Source: Macrostomum lignano
Lineage: Eukaryota
Length of the DNA: 64,000 nucleotides
Assembly (NCBI GenBank): GCA_002269645.1
Contig: NIVC01000168.1
Coordinates: 124,001-188,000 of the forward strand
Reading direction: 5' to 3'
Made by a program: the position numbers and the translations under genes. How positions within the stretch are numbered: position 1 is the first letter of the stretch; every line of letters starts with the position of its first letter. Below are positions 1-13,037 of this stretch, in pieces. Under the pieces are notes generated by a model. It had not been told where the DNA came from. It was given only the letters and a program-made list of their open reading frames with translations, and ran no database searches.

Positions 1-954
1 CTGACTGACTGACTGACTGACTGACTGACTGACTGACTGACTGACTGACTGACTGACTGACTGACTGACTGACTGACTGACTGACTGACTGACTGACTGA
101 CTGACTGACTGACTGACTGACTGACTGACTGACTGACTGACTGACTGACTGACTGACTGACTGACTGACTGACTGACTGACTGACTGACTGACTGACTGA
201 CTGACTGACTGACTGACTGACTGACTGACTGACTGACTGACTGACTGACTGACTGACTGACTGACTGACTGACTGACTGACTGACTGACTGACTGACTGA
301 CTGACTGACTGACTGACTGACTGACTGACTGACTGACTGACTGACTGACTGACTGACTGACTGACTGACTGACTGACTGACTGACTGACTGACTGACTGA
401 CTGACTGACTGACTGACTGACTGACTGACTGACTGACTGACTGACTGACTGACTGACTGACTGACTGACTGACTGACTGACTGACTGACTGACTGACTGA
501 CTGACTGACTGACTGACTGACTGACTGACTGACTGACTGACTGACTGACTGACTGACTGACTGACTGACTGACTGACTGACTGACTGACTGACTGACTGA
601 CTGACTGACTGACTGACTGACTGACTGACTGACTGACTGACTGACTGACTGACTGACTGACTGACTGACTGACTGACTGACTGACTGACTGACTGACTGA
701 CTGACTGACTGACTGACTGACTGACTGACTGACTGACTGACTGACTGACTGACTGACTGACTGACTGACTGACTGACTGACTGACTGACTGACTGACTGA
801 CTGACTGACTGACTGACTGACTGACTGACTGACTGACTGACTGACTGACTGACTGACTGACTGACTGACTGACTGACTGACTGACTGACTGACTGACTGA
901 CTGACTGACTGACTGACTGACTGACTGACTGACTGACTGACTGACTGACTGACT

Positions 955-984
<30 letters not shown>
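1..984. repeat. (CTGA)n microsatellite ending in a short (CAGA)n run; truncated by the window start
   Basis: Perfect CTGA repeats to about 955, then CAGA repeats to about 984. Confidence 0.99.
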
Positions 985-985
<1 letters not shown>

Positions 986-1899
986 CGAACTTCCGAACAA
1001 AGAAACCGAACAAACCGAACTTCCGCATCCCGCAGGAAGGCTCGCGGTCCATAATTAAGCGTCCCTGGCGCGAACTGAGCCAAGTGGTTAACCTGGAGGT
1101 GAGCCAACTTTTTTCAAAAAAATTCCTTGTCGATGACTCATCTTGCAGTTTAATTTGCAGTCTTCACTGTCAAACTAAGTTATATAGAATGCCAGATTTT
1201 TGCCAATGAATTCTTTCTAACTGAACAAATTGCATCTCAGTGTAGCTGATGCCAGCCCTCGTTCCTCTCTCCCATCTCCACGGATAGGGTTTCGTTTTTC
1301 CCATTTGACTCAAAATGTACTCAAATTGGGTAAAAAATACCATTTGAGTCGCATCCAAGTTCCTAAAGCTCTCACTTACTTAATTAGTTCTGCCTAATTA
1401 GCCGAGTTGCGTGCACACAGATTTTCCTAATATAGAGAGAGAAAAAGTTTTCTAAGACTCTTCTTCGCAGTGAGCTCAATTTTAATTGAAAACGGAATTG
1501 CCCCAACAGCCCTATTGTTGATTCTGTGGGACTCCGCCTGTCTCCGCCTCCGTTAGTCATCGTGACATCGTGCGTGCGTCAGTTTTTTGTCCCTTCCTAT
1601 TCCCTCTATTCAATCATTTATTTTATTCCAATATTTAAAAGTCAATTATTTAGGCAAGGCAGGCATTAGGCGGGGGGGGGGCTTGTGTCACAGTCGGAAT
1701 ACTCATTTTTTTCTAGAGTCTGTCTAAATTAAAGTTGACTGGATTGTCTGTCTCTGTATTAAATTGCGAGAGAATAAATTCATTTATTTCGAATTTCAAA
1801 ACGTTTTTACATTTGCTTCCATTGTATTTTAGCATCATTTGTACTAGCTCGTAAATCGCTATTGAGAAACCGGGGTTGTACTTTTCTGCTCAATCATTT

Positions 1900-2600
1900 G
1901 TCTATCAACTCTGTTTTCTTAGAATTCACGTTAGAATTTCTTAGAATTTGTTTGTTTTTCTTTTTTTCTTAGAAACCATCCGATTTTCTCGAAATTAGTT
2001 TTCAATTTTCTTAGAATCAATACAGTTTTCTTGGAAACTTCTGTTTGTTAGAATCGATCCATCCAGATTTCTTGGAATATTTTTTGTAGATTTTTTAGAA
2101 TTTAGCCAGTTTTCTTGGCATCTGTTTCTACTTTCTTAGAATCAATTCAGATTTTTTGGAATCTTCTCTGTTTATTAGAATCAATTCAGATTTCTTTGTA
2201 CTCTTTTCTATTTCTTAGAATCTACCCATATTTCTTGGAATATTTTCTGCTTCTTAGAATCAATCCAGTTTTCTTGGAAACTTCTGCTTCTTAGAATCGA
2301 TCCATCCAGATTTCTTTGAATCTGTTGCTACTTTCTTAGAATTTAGCCAGTTTTCTTGGAATATTTTCTGTTTCTTAGAATTTAGCCAGTTTTCTTGGAA
2401 TATTTTCTGTTTCTTAGAATTTAGCCAGTTTTCTTGGAATCTGTTTCTTCTTTCTTAGAATCAATTCAGATTTGTTGGAATCGTCTCTGTTTCTTAAAAT
2501 CAATTCAGATTTATTTGTACTCTTTTCTATTTCTTAGAATCTACCCAGTTTTCTTGGAATATTTTCTGTTTCTTAGAATCTATACAGATCAAGGATCATA
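1900..2600. repeat. Degenerate ~40-bp AT-rich tandem repeat (TTCTTAGAAT...TTTTCTTGGAAT)
   Basis: Recurring ttcttagaat and ttcttggaat motifs; near-identical units at 2335-2450. Confidence 0.8.
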
Positions 2601-3121
2601 TATACACAAGATAAGCCACTCACAAACCACTTATTTGGACAAAGAAGATCATTTGAAAAATAATTGCAACTCGCGACAGCGTGAAAATCCGTTATTGAAT
2701 TCAGTTTCCTCAATAGTCTCCGTAGTGCATGCATCATTTCTAATTTTATTAGGTATTTAATCTAAAGTCTAAGATGAAGGTAATATATAAGATTCATAAT
2801 CCAGATTTCTTTTTGGATCTGTTGAATTTTAAAATAAATTATCTTGATCTCTTAGAATCTGCCTGGTTTCCTTATAAACCATCTATATTTCTTATGTAGC
2901 TTCCTATTTCTAGTTTTCTTGGAAAACCGCTCATATTTCTCAGGACCCACGTTGATATTCTCAACCTAGGTTGCTTTATATATTTGTAATGTCTTAAAAA
3001 ATCAAAATGAATTTCTCGGATAAAGATTACTCACAATCCAGTTCATTCTGGTTCCATCGTTAATCGTCTTCTTGACGCAAGGATATGCATTAAACTAATT
3101 ATGCCAACGAAACCATTCCAG

Positions 3122-3307
3122 TGCGACAGCGTCAACATGACCGATCGAATACGCGAACTTCGAGTCAATTCCATCTTGTTTTTAAACATTCCCAAGTACA
3201 GCGCCGGCGCCATGCCCTGGGGCAATCCGACTGGTAGTCAGGGGTTCGAACCCCAACGACCCGACGATGGTTACGTTGAAGTGATCGGATTCAGTTCGAG
3301 TCATTTG
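3122..3307 (+). CDS. DGKZ/DGKI: Type IV diacylglycerol kinase, first exon visible in window (accessory domain); upstream exons lie outside or were not found
   Basis: ccag|TGC...TTG|gtaatc, phase 0-0. Encodes CDSVNMTDRIRELRVNSILFLNIPKYSAGAMPWGNPTGSQGFEPQRPDDGYVEVIGF, matching the DGK-zeta/iota FLNIPRYCAGTMPWG...FEPQRHDDGY.EVIGF motif. Confidence 0.95.
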
Positions 3308-3342
3308 GTAATCATTGGTTGTTTAAATGATTTGTGTCGTTC

Positions 3343-6300
3343 AAATTGAGCTTATAAGATGGTTAAATGGGAGCTTATAAGATGGTTAAATGGAGCTTAT
3401 AAGATGGTTAAATGGGAGCTTATAAGATGGTTAAATGGAGCTTATAAGATGGTTAAATGGGAGCTTATAAGATGGTTAAATGGGAGCTTATAAGATGGTT
3501 AAATGGGAGCTTATAAGATGGTTAAATGGAGCTTATAAGATGGTTAAATGGGAGCTTATAAGATGGTTAAATGGGAGCTTATAAGATGGTTAAATGGGAG
3601 CTTATAAGATGGTTAAATGAGCTTATAAGATGGTTAAATGGGAGCTTATAAGATGGTTAAATGGGAGCTTATAAGATGGTTAAATGGAGCTTATAAGATG
3701 GTTAAATGAGCTTATAAGATGGTTAAATGGAGCTTATAAGATGGTTAAATGGGAGCTTATAAGATGGTTAAATGGGAGCTTATAAGATGGTTAAATGGGA
3801 GCTTATAAGATGGTTAAATGAGCTTATAAGATGGTTAAATGGAGCTTATAAGATGGTTAAATGGGAGCTTATAAGATGGTTAAATGGGAGCTTATAAGAT
3901 GGTTAAATTGAGCTTATAAGATGGTTAAATGGGAGCTTATAAGATGGTTAAATGGGAGCTTATAAGATGGTTAAATGGGAGCTTATAAGATGGTTAAATG
4001 AGCTTATAAGATGGTTAAATGGAGCTTATAAGATGGTTAAATGGAGCTTATAAGATGGTTAAATGGGAGCTTATAAGATGGTTAAATGGAGCTTATAAGA
4101 TGGTTAAATGGAGCTTATAAGATGGTTAAATGAGCTTATAAGATGGTTAAATGGGAGCTTATAAGATGGTTAAATGGGAGCTTATAAGATGGTTAAATGG
4201 GAGCTTATAAGATGGTTAAATTGAGCTTATAAGATGGTTAAATGGAGCTTATAAGATGGTTAAATGGGAGCTTATAAGATGGTTAAATGGAGCTTATAAG
4301 ATGGTTAAATTGAGCTTATAAGATGGTTAAATGGAGCTTATAAGATGGTTAAATGGGAGCTTATAAGATGGTTAAATGGGAGCTTATAAGATGGTTAAAT
4401 TGAGCTTATAAGATGGTTAAATGGAGCTTATAAGATGGTTAAATGGGAGCTTATAAGATGGTTAAATGGGAGCTTATAAGATGGTTAAATGGGAGCTTAT
4501 AAGATGGTTAAATTGAGCTTATAAGATGGTTAAATTGAGCTTATAAGATGGTTAAATGGGAGCTTATAAGATGGTTAAATGGAGCTTATAAGATGGTTAA
4601 ATTGAGCTTATAAGATGGTTAAATTGAGCTTATAAGATGGTTAAATGGGAGCTTATAAGATGGTTAAATGGAGCTTATAAGATGGTTAAATGGGAGCTTA
4701 TAAGATGGTTAAATTGAGCTTATAAGATGGTTAAATGGAGCTTATAAGATGGTTAAATGGAGCTTATAAGATGGTTAAATGGGAGCTTATAAGATGGTTA
4801 AATTGAGCTTATAAGATGGTTAAATGGGAGCTTATAAGATGGTTAAATGGAGCTTATAAGATGGTTAAATGGAGCTTATAAGATGGTTAAATGGAGCTTA
4901 TAAGATGGTTAAATGGAGCTTATAAGATGGTTAAATGGGAGCTTATAAGATGGTTAAATGGAGCTTATAAGATGGTTAAATGGAGCTTATAAGATGGTTA
5001 AATGGAGCTTATAAGATGGTTAAATTGAGCTTATAAGATGGTTAAATGGGAGCTTATAAGATGGTTAAATGGGAGCTTATAAGATGGTTAAATGGGAGCT
5101 TATAAGATGGTTAAATTGAGCTTATAAGATGGTTAAATGGAGCTTATAAGATGGTTAAATGGGAGCTTATAAGATGGTTAAATGGAGCTTATAAGATGGT
5201 TAAATTGAGCTTATAAGATGGTTAAATGGGAGCTTATAAGATGGTTAAATGGGAGCTTATAAGATGGTTAAATGGGAGCTTATAAGATGGTTAAATTGAG
5301 CTTATAAGATGGTTAAATGGAGCTTATAAGATGGTTAAATGGGAGCTTATAAGATGGTTAAATGGGAGCTTATAAGATGGTTAAATGGGAGCTTATAAGA
5401 TGGTTAAATTGAGCTTATAAGATGGTTAAATTGAGCTTATAAGATGGTTAAATGGGAGCTTATAAGATGGTTAAATTGAGCTTATAAGATGGTTAAATTG
5501 AGCTTATAAGATGGTTAAATTGAGCTTATAAGATGGTTAAATGGAGCTTATAAGATGGTTAAATGGAGCTTATAAGATGGTTAAATGGGAGCTTATAAGA
5601 TGGTTAAATTGAGCTTATAAGATGGTTAAATGGAGCTTATAAGATGGTTAAATGGAGCTTATAAGATGGTTAAATGGGAGCTTATAAGATGGTTAAATTG
5701 AGCTTATAAGATGGTTAAATGGGAGCTTATAAGATGGTTAAATGGAGCTTATAAGATGGTTAAATGGAGCTTATAAGATGGTTAAATGGAGCTTATAAGA
5801 TGGTTAAATGGAGCTTATAAGATGGTTAAATGGAGCTTATAAGATGGTTAAATGGAGCTTATAAGATGGTTAAATGGAGCTTATAAGATGGTTAAATGGG
5901 AGCTTATAAGATGGTTAAATGGAGCTTATAAGATGGTTAAATGGGAGCTTATAAGATGGTTAAATTGAGCTTATAAGATGGTTAAATGGGAGCTTATAAG
6001 ATGGTTAAATGGAGCTTATAAGATGGTTAAATGAAGCTTATAAGATGGTTAACTGGAGCTTATAAGATGGTTAAATGGGAGCTTATAAGATGGTTAAATT
6101 GAGCTTATAAGATGGTTAAATGGGAGCTTATAAGATGGTTAAATTGAGCTTATAAGATGGTTAAATTGAGCTTATAAGATGGTTAAATTGAGCTTATAAG
6201 ATGGTTAAATGGAGCTTATAAGATGGTTAAATTGAGCTTATAAGATGGTTAAATGGAGCTTATAAGATGGTTAAATGGAGCTTATAAGATGGTTAAATGG

Positions 6301-9101
6301 AGCTTATAAGATGGTTAAATGGAGCTTATAAGATGGTTAAATGGAGCTTATAAGATGGTTAAATTGAGCTTATAAGATGGTTAAATGGGAGCTTATAAGA
6401 TGGTTAAATGGAGCTTATAAGATGGTTAAATGGAGCTTATAAGATGGTTAAATTGAGCTTATAAGATGGTTAAATGGAGCTTATAAGATGGTTAAATGGA
6501 GCTTATAAGATGGTTAAATGGAGCTTATAAGATGGTTAAATTGAGCTTATAAGATGGTTAAATTGAGCTTATAAGATGGTTAAATTGAGCTTATAAGATG
6601 GTTAAATGGAGCTTATAAGATGGTTAAATTGAGCTTATAAGATGGTTAAATGGGAGCTTATAAGATGGTTAAATTGAGCTTATAAGATGGTTAAATGGAG
6701 CTTATAAGATGGTTAAATGGAGCTTATAAGATGGTTAAATGGGAGCTTATAAGATGGTTAAATTGAGCTTATAAGATGGTTAAATGGGAGCTTATAAGAT
6801 GGTTAAATGGAGCTTATAAGATGGTTAAATGGAGCTTATAAGATGGTTAAATGGAGCTTATAAGATGGTTAAATGGAGCTTATAAGATGGTTAAATGGGA
6901 GCTTATAAGATGGTTAAATGGAGCTTATAAGATGGTTAAATGGAGCTTATAAGATGGTTAAATGGAGCTTATAAGATGGTTAAATGGAGCTTATAAGATG
7001 GTTAAATGGGAGCTTATAAGATGGTTAAATTGAGCTTATAAGATGGTTAAATGGGAGCTTATAAGATGGTTAAATGGAGCTTATAAGATGGTTAAATGGA
7101 GCTTATAAGATGGTTAAATGGAGCTTATAAGATGGTTAAATGGGAGCTTATAAGATGGTTAAATTGAGCTTATAAGATGGTTAAATGGGAGCTTATAAGA
7201 TGGTTAAATTGAGCTTATAAGATGGTTAAATGGAGCTTATAAGATGGTTAAATTGAGCTTATAAGATGGTTAAATGGAGCTTATAAGATGGTTAAATGGA
7301 GCTTATAAGATGGTTAAATGGAGCTTATAAGATGGTTAAATTGAGCTTATAAGATGGTTAAATTGAGCTTATAAGATGGTTAAATTGAGCTTATAAGATG
7401 GTTAAATGGAGCTTATAAGATGGTTAAATTGAGCTTATAAGATGGTTAAATGGGAGCTTATAAGATGGTTAAATTGAGCTTATAAGATGGTTAAATGGAG
7501 CTTATAAGATGGTTAAATGGAGCTTATAAGATGGTTAAATGGGAGCTTATAAGATGGTTAAATTGAGCTTATAAGATGGTTAAATGGGAGCTTATAAGAT
7601 GGTTAAATGGAGCTTATAAGATGGTTAAATGGAGCTTATAAGATGGTTAAATGGAGCTTATAAGATGGTTAAATGGAGCTTATAAGATGGTTAAATGGGA
7701 GCTTATAAGATGGTTAAATGGAGCTTATAAGATGGTTAAATGGAGCTTATAAGATGGTTAAATGGAGCTTATAAGATGGTTAAATGGAGCTTATAAGATG
7801 GTTAAATGGGAGCTTATAAGATGGTTAAATTGAGCTTATAAGATGGTTAAATGGGAGCTTATAAGATGGTTAAATGGAGCTTATAAGATGGTTAAATGGA
7901 GCTTATAAGATGGTTAAATGGAGCTTATAAGATGGTTAAATGGGAGCTTATAAGATGGTTAAATTGAGCTTATAAGATGGTTAAATGGGAGCTTATAAGA
8001 TGGTTAAATTGAGCTTATAAGATGGTTAAATTGAGCTTATAAGATGGTTAAATGGAGCTTATAAGATGGTTAAATGGAGCTTATAAGATGGTTAAATTGA
8101 GCTTATAAGATGGTTAAATGGGAGCTTATAAGATGGTTAAATGGAGCTTATAAGATGGTTAAATGGGAGCTTATAAGATGGTTAAATGGAGCTTATAAGA
8201 TGGTTAAATTGAGCTTATAAGATGGTTAAATGGAGCTTATAAGATGGTTAAATGGAGCTTATAAGATGGTTAAATGGGAGCTTATAAGATGGTTAAATTG
8301 AGCTTATAAGATGGTTAAATGGGAGCTTATAAGATGGTTAAATGGAGCTTATAAGATGGTTAAATGGAGCTTATAAGATGGTTAAATGGAGCTTATAAGA
8401 TGGTTAAATGGAGCTTATAAGATGGTTAAATGGAGCTTATAAGATGGTTAAATGGAGCTTATAAGATGGTTAAATGGGAGCTTATAAGATGGTTAAATGG
8501 AGCTTATAAGATGGTTAAATGGAGCTTATAAGATGGTTAAATGGAGCTTATAAGATGGTTAAATGGAGCTTATAAGATGGTTAAATGGGAGCTTATAAGA
8601 TGGTTAAATTGAGCTTATAAGATGGTTAAATGGGAGCTTATAAGATGGTTAAATGGAGCTTATAAGATGGTTAAATGGAGCTTATAAGATGGTTAAATGG
8701 AGCTTATAAGATGGTTAAATGGAGCTTATAAGATGGTTAAATGGAGCTTATAAGATGGTTAAATGGAGCTTATAAGATGGTTAAATTGAGCTTATAAGAT
8801 GGTTAAATGGAGCTTATAAGATGGTTAAATGGAGCTTATAAGATGGTTAAATGGAGCTTATAAGATGGTTAAATGGAGCTTATAAGATGGTTAAATTGAG
8901 CTTATAAGATGGTTAAATTGAGCTTATAAGATGGTTAAATTGAGCTTATAAGATGGTTAAATTGAGCTTATAAGATGGTTAAATGGAGCTTATAAGATGG
9001 TTAAATGGGAGCTTATAAGATGGTTAAATGGGAGCTTATAAGACGGTTAAATGGGAGTTTATAAGATGGTTAGATGGTTAAATGGGAGCTTATAAGATGG
9101 T
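3343..9101. repeat. 21-23-bp minisatellite, core GAGCTTATAAGATGGTTAAAT plus spacer (none/G/GG/T), about 260 units
   Basis: Read directly; fills most of a DGK intron. Confidence 0.99.
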
Positions 9102-9178
9102 CAAGTGCAAAATTTAACCGCAAATTGCAATTAAAAATCGATTCTTGATAACAATACAACGCCTTGAACCGAACGCAG

Positions 9179-9265
9179 GCCACAGTGCAGATGGGCTGGC
9201 ACGGGCACCGGATCTGCCAGTGCAAACGGGCGATAATACGCACTAGTCGAATCATTCCCATTCAG
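9179..9265 (+). CDS. DGKZ/DGKI: DGK exon (ATVQMGWHGHRICQCKRAIIRTSRIIPIQ)
   Basis: gcag|GCC...CAG|gtacg, 87 nt, phase 0-0; aligns by eye to AALQVGGHGERL.QCREV.L.T.KAIPVQ. Confidence 0.93.
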
Positions 9266-9296
9266 GTACGCATACTTGCACAGTTTCTCATAAATG

Positions 9297-11123
9297 TCAT
9301 TGAGTCAGATTGGTCCTCATTGAGTCAGATTGGTCTTCATTGAGTCAGATTGGTCTTCATTGAGTCAGATTGGTCTTCATTGAGTCAGATTGGTCTTCAT
9401 TGAATCAGATTGGTCTTCATTGAATCAGATTGGTCTTCATTGAATCAGATTGGTCTTCATTGAATCAGATTGGTCTTCATTGAATCAGATTGGTCTTCAT
9501 TGAGTCAGATTGGTCCTCATTGAGTCAGATTGGTCTTCATTGAGTCAGATTGGTCCTCATTGAGTCAGATTGGTCTTCATTGAGTCAGATTGGTCTTCAT
9601 TGAGTCAGATTGGTCTTCATTGAATCAGATTGGTCCTCATTGAGTCATATTGGTCTTTATTGAGTCAGATTGGTCCTCATTGAGTCAGATTGGTCTTTAT
9701 TGAGTCAGATTGGTCTTCATTGAGTCAGATTGGCCCTCATTGAGTCAGATTGGTCTTCATTGAGTCAGATTGGTCTTCATTGAGTCAGATTGGTCTTTAT
9801 TGAGTCAGATTGGTCCTCATTGAGTCAGATTGGTCTTCATTTAGTCAGATTGGTCTTCATTGAGTCAGATTGGTCTTCATTGAGTCAGATTGGTCTTCAT
9901 TGAGTCAGATTGGTCTTCAAATTAGTCAAATTGGTCTTCATTGAGTCAGATTGGTCTTCAAATTAGTCAAATTGGTCTTCATTGAGTCAGATTGGTCTTC
10001 ATTGAGTCAGATTGGTCTTCAAATTAGTCAAATTGGTCTTCATTGAGTCAGATTGGTCTTCATTGAGTCAGATTGGTCTTCATTGAGTCAGATTGGTCTT
10101 CATTGAGTCAGATTGGTCTTTATTGAGTCAGATTGGTCCTCATTGAGTCAGATTGGTCTTCATTGAGTCAGATTGGTCTTCATTGAGTCAGATTGGTCTT
10201 CATTGAGTCAGATTGGTCTTCATTGAGTCAGATTGGTCCTCATTGAGTCAGATTGGTCTTCATTGAGTCAGATTGGTCTTCATTGAGTCAGATTGGTCTT
10301 CATTGAGTCAGATTGGTCTTTATTGAGTCAGATTGGTCCTCATTGAGTCAGATTGGTCTTTATTGAGTCAGATTGGTCTTCATTGAGTCAGATTGGTCCT
10401 CATTGAGTCAGATTGGTCTTCATTGAGTCAGATTGGTCTTCATTGAGTCAGATTGGTCTTTATTGAGTCAGATTGGTCCTCATTGAGTCAGATTGGTCTT
10501 CATTGAGTCAGATTGGTCTTCATTGAGTCAGATTGGTCTTCATTGAGTCAGATTGGTCTTCATTGAGTCAGATTGGTCTTCAAATTAGTCAAATTGGTCT
10601 TCATTGAGTCAGATTGGTCTTCAAATTAGTCAAATTGGTCTTCATTGAGTCAGATTGGTCTTCATTGAGTCAGATTGGTCTTCATTGAGTCAGATTGGTC
10701 TTCATTGAGTCAGATTGGTCCTCATTGAGTCAGATTGGTCTTCATTGAGTCAGATTGGTCTTTATTGAGTCAGATTGGTCTTCATTGAGTCAGATTGGTC
10801 CTCATTGAGTCATATTGGTCTTTATTGAGTCAGATTGGTCCTCATTGAGTCATATTGGTCTTTATTGAGTCAGATTGGTCTTCATTGAGTCATATTGGTC
10901 TTTATTGAGTCAGATTGGTCCTCATTGAGTCATATTGGTCTTTATTGAGTCAGATTGGTCCTCATTGAGTCAGATTGGTCTTTATTGAGTCAGATTGGTC
11001 TTTATTGAGTCAGATTGGTCTTCATTGAGTCAGATTGGTCTTTATTGAGTCAGATTGGTCTTTATTGAGTCAGATTGGTCCTCATTGAGTCAGATTGGTC
11101 TTCATTGAGTCAGATTGGTCTTC
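9297..11123. repeat. 20-bp minisatellite CATTGAGTCAGATTGGTCTT, about 90 units
   Basis: Read directly; includes a 21-bp variant CAAATTAGTCAAATTGGTCTT. Confidence 0.99.
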
Positions 11124-11260
11124 AAAATAAGCAAGCAGTTTTTGCCAACAGAACAGCATAACAATGCTACAAAGCAGAATATCAAAACTTGCGGTCTACA
11201 CTTAAGTCTATTTCTAGCAACTTGTCAGATCTGACTATTTGACTATTTGATTATATTTAG

Positions 11261-11373
11261 ATTGACGGTGAGCCCTGGCGTCTCCAGCCGTCCGTAATTG
11301 ACATATCGTTGCACAACCAGGCCAACATGATTCAGAAGCCCAAACGGCGGAATAGCATTCCACTGCTGACTGA
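11261..11373 (+). CDS. DGKZ/DGKI: DGK exon (IDGEPWRLQPSVIDISLHNQANMIQKPKRRNSIPLLT)
   Basis: ttag|ATT...GA|gtaagt, phase 0-2; conserved VDGEP and NQA.M..K.KRR motifs. Confidence 0.95.
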
Positions 11374-11624
11374 GTAAGTTGAGATATTTTTTCGATTTTG
11401 TTATCTATTATTATACTACTGCTATTGTTAGTAGTTGAATAGAAGCTTATTGTAAAAAAGGCTAAACTATGAAAACCATTTTTATCATAAATTTCAGCCT
11501 GTCAATGTAAGACAATTGTGAAATCGAAGAAATAGTTCTTTGTTTTAATTTTGTCTTTCAAACCTGCATGCAGTTTTGTTGTCAAGTGTACATTTGGTTT
11601 AGTGGCAAATCGTTTCCTCGAAGC

Positions 11625-12532
11625 TTTACACACCTTGTGTCTACATGCGTACATACTTTACACACCTTGTGGCTACATGTATACATACTTTACATACATT
11701 GTGTCTACATGCATACATACTTTACATACATTGTGTCTACATGCATACATACTTTACATACATTGTGTCTACATGTATAATGTATACGTACTTTACATAC
11801 ATTGTGGCTACATGTATACATACTTTACATTGTGTCTACATGCATACATACTTTACATACATTGTGTCTACATGCATACATACTTTACATACATTGTGTC
11901 TACATGTATAATGTATACGTACTTTACATACATTGTGGCTACATGTATACATACTTTACATTGTGTCTACATGCATACATACTTTACATTCATTGTGTCT
12001 ACATGTATACATACTTTACATAAATTGTGGCTACATGCATACATACTTTACATACATTGTGTCTACATGCATACATACTTTACATACATTGTGTCTACAT
12101 GCATACATACTTTACATACATTGTGGCTACATGCATACATACTTTACATACATTGTGGCTACATGCATACATACTTTACATACATTGTGGCTACATGTAT
12201 ACATACTTTATATACCATGTTTCTTCATGCATACATACTTTACATACATTGTGGCTACATGCATACATACTTTACATACATTGTGTCTACATGCATACAT
12301 ACTTTATATACATTGTGTCTATATGTATACATACTTTACATACCTTGTGTCTACATGCATACATACTTTACATACATTGTGTCTACATGAATACATACTT
12401 TACATACATTGTGTCTACATGCATACATACTTTACATACATTGTGTCTACATGCATACATACTTTATATACAGTGTGTCTACATGCATACATACTTTACA
12501 TACATTGTGTCTACATGTATACATACTTTACG
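11625..12532. repeat. 32-bp minisatellite TACATACATTGTGTCTACATGCATACATACTT
   Basis: Period of 32 measured between GTGTCT at 11701 and 11733. Confidence 0.95.
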
Positions 12533-12689
12533 TAAGTTTCCAAGGTAGCTGGATTGCTTTAGCTTTTTGTAAATCTATTTTCTTCAAAGTTCGATTCTAC
12601 TCGACGCGTTTTAACCTTTAGTCGATAGTTTGGAAGCCCCTGATAATTTTCCTTGCTAAGTTTCTTAACATGTGAGAGCTGTGAAAGCC

Positions 12690-13037
12690 ACAGCCTGGTG
12701 TTGTAGCTGGCAGTATGTGCCAGCGGCCCAGGCTCGATTCCAAGTGCAGTCACATTAATTTGGAGCTAAATTGGAATCTCCGCTTGGCTCTGCTCGTGCA
12801 ATTAACGCCCTTGAGAGCCAACCCCCCAAGGCGCAGTGCAGTGTACATGCCTAAGGTGTAATAAAGTTAGGGCCGCTGTACACTCCTGTGTGAGTGTGTG
12901 ACTGCGTACGTATCCGCGCGCTTGTGTGCCTGCTCAGGGGAGTCGGCGGAATGGGCAGTAATGCCTCTCGCCGGTTGTGTGCTAATGTCGCTTAAAGTGG
13001 GCCAGGGTGCACACAACCCCCTGCTTCTATTAAAAAT
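12690..13037 (+). mobile_element. tRNA-derived SINE-like element, family B, copy 1
   Basis: High identity to 17715-18075 and 56140-56368/56957-57036; B-box-like GGCTCGATTCC; A-rich end. Confidence 0.75.

Noticed and set aside
11551-12621. Overlapping ORFs up to 279 aa
   Set aside because: Translations of the 32-bp minisatellite.
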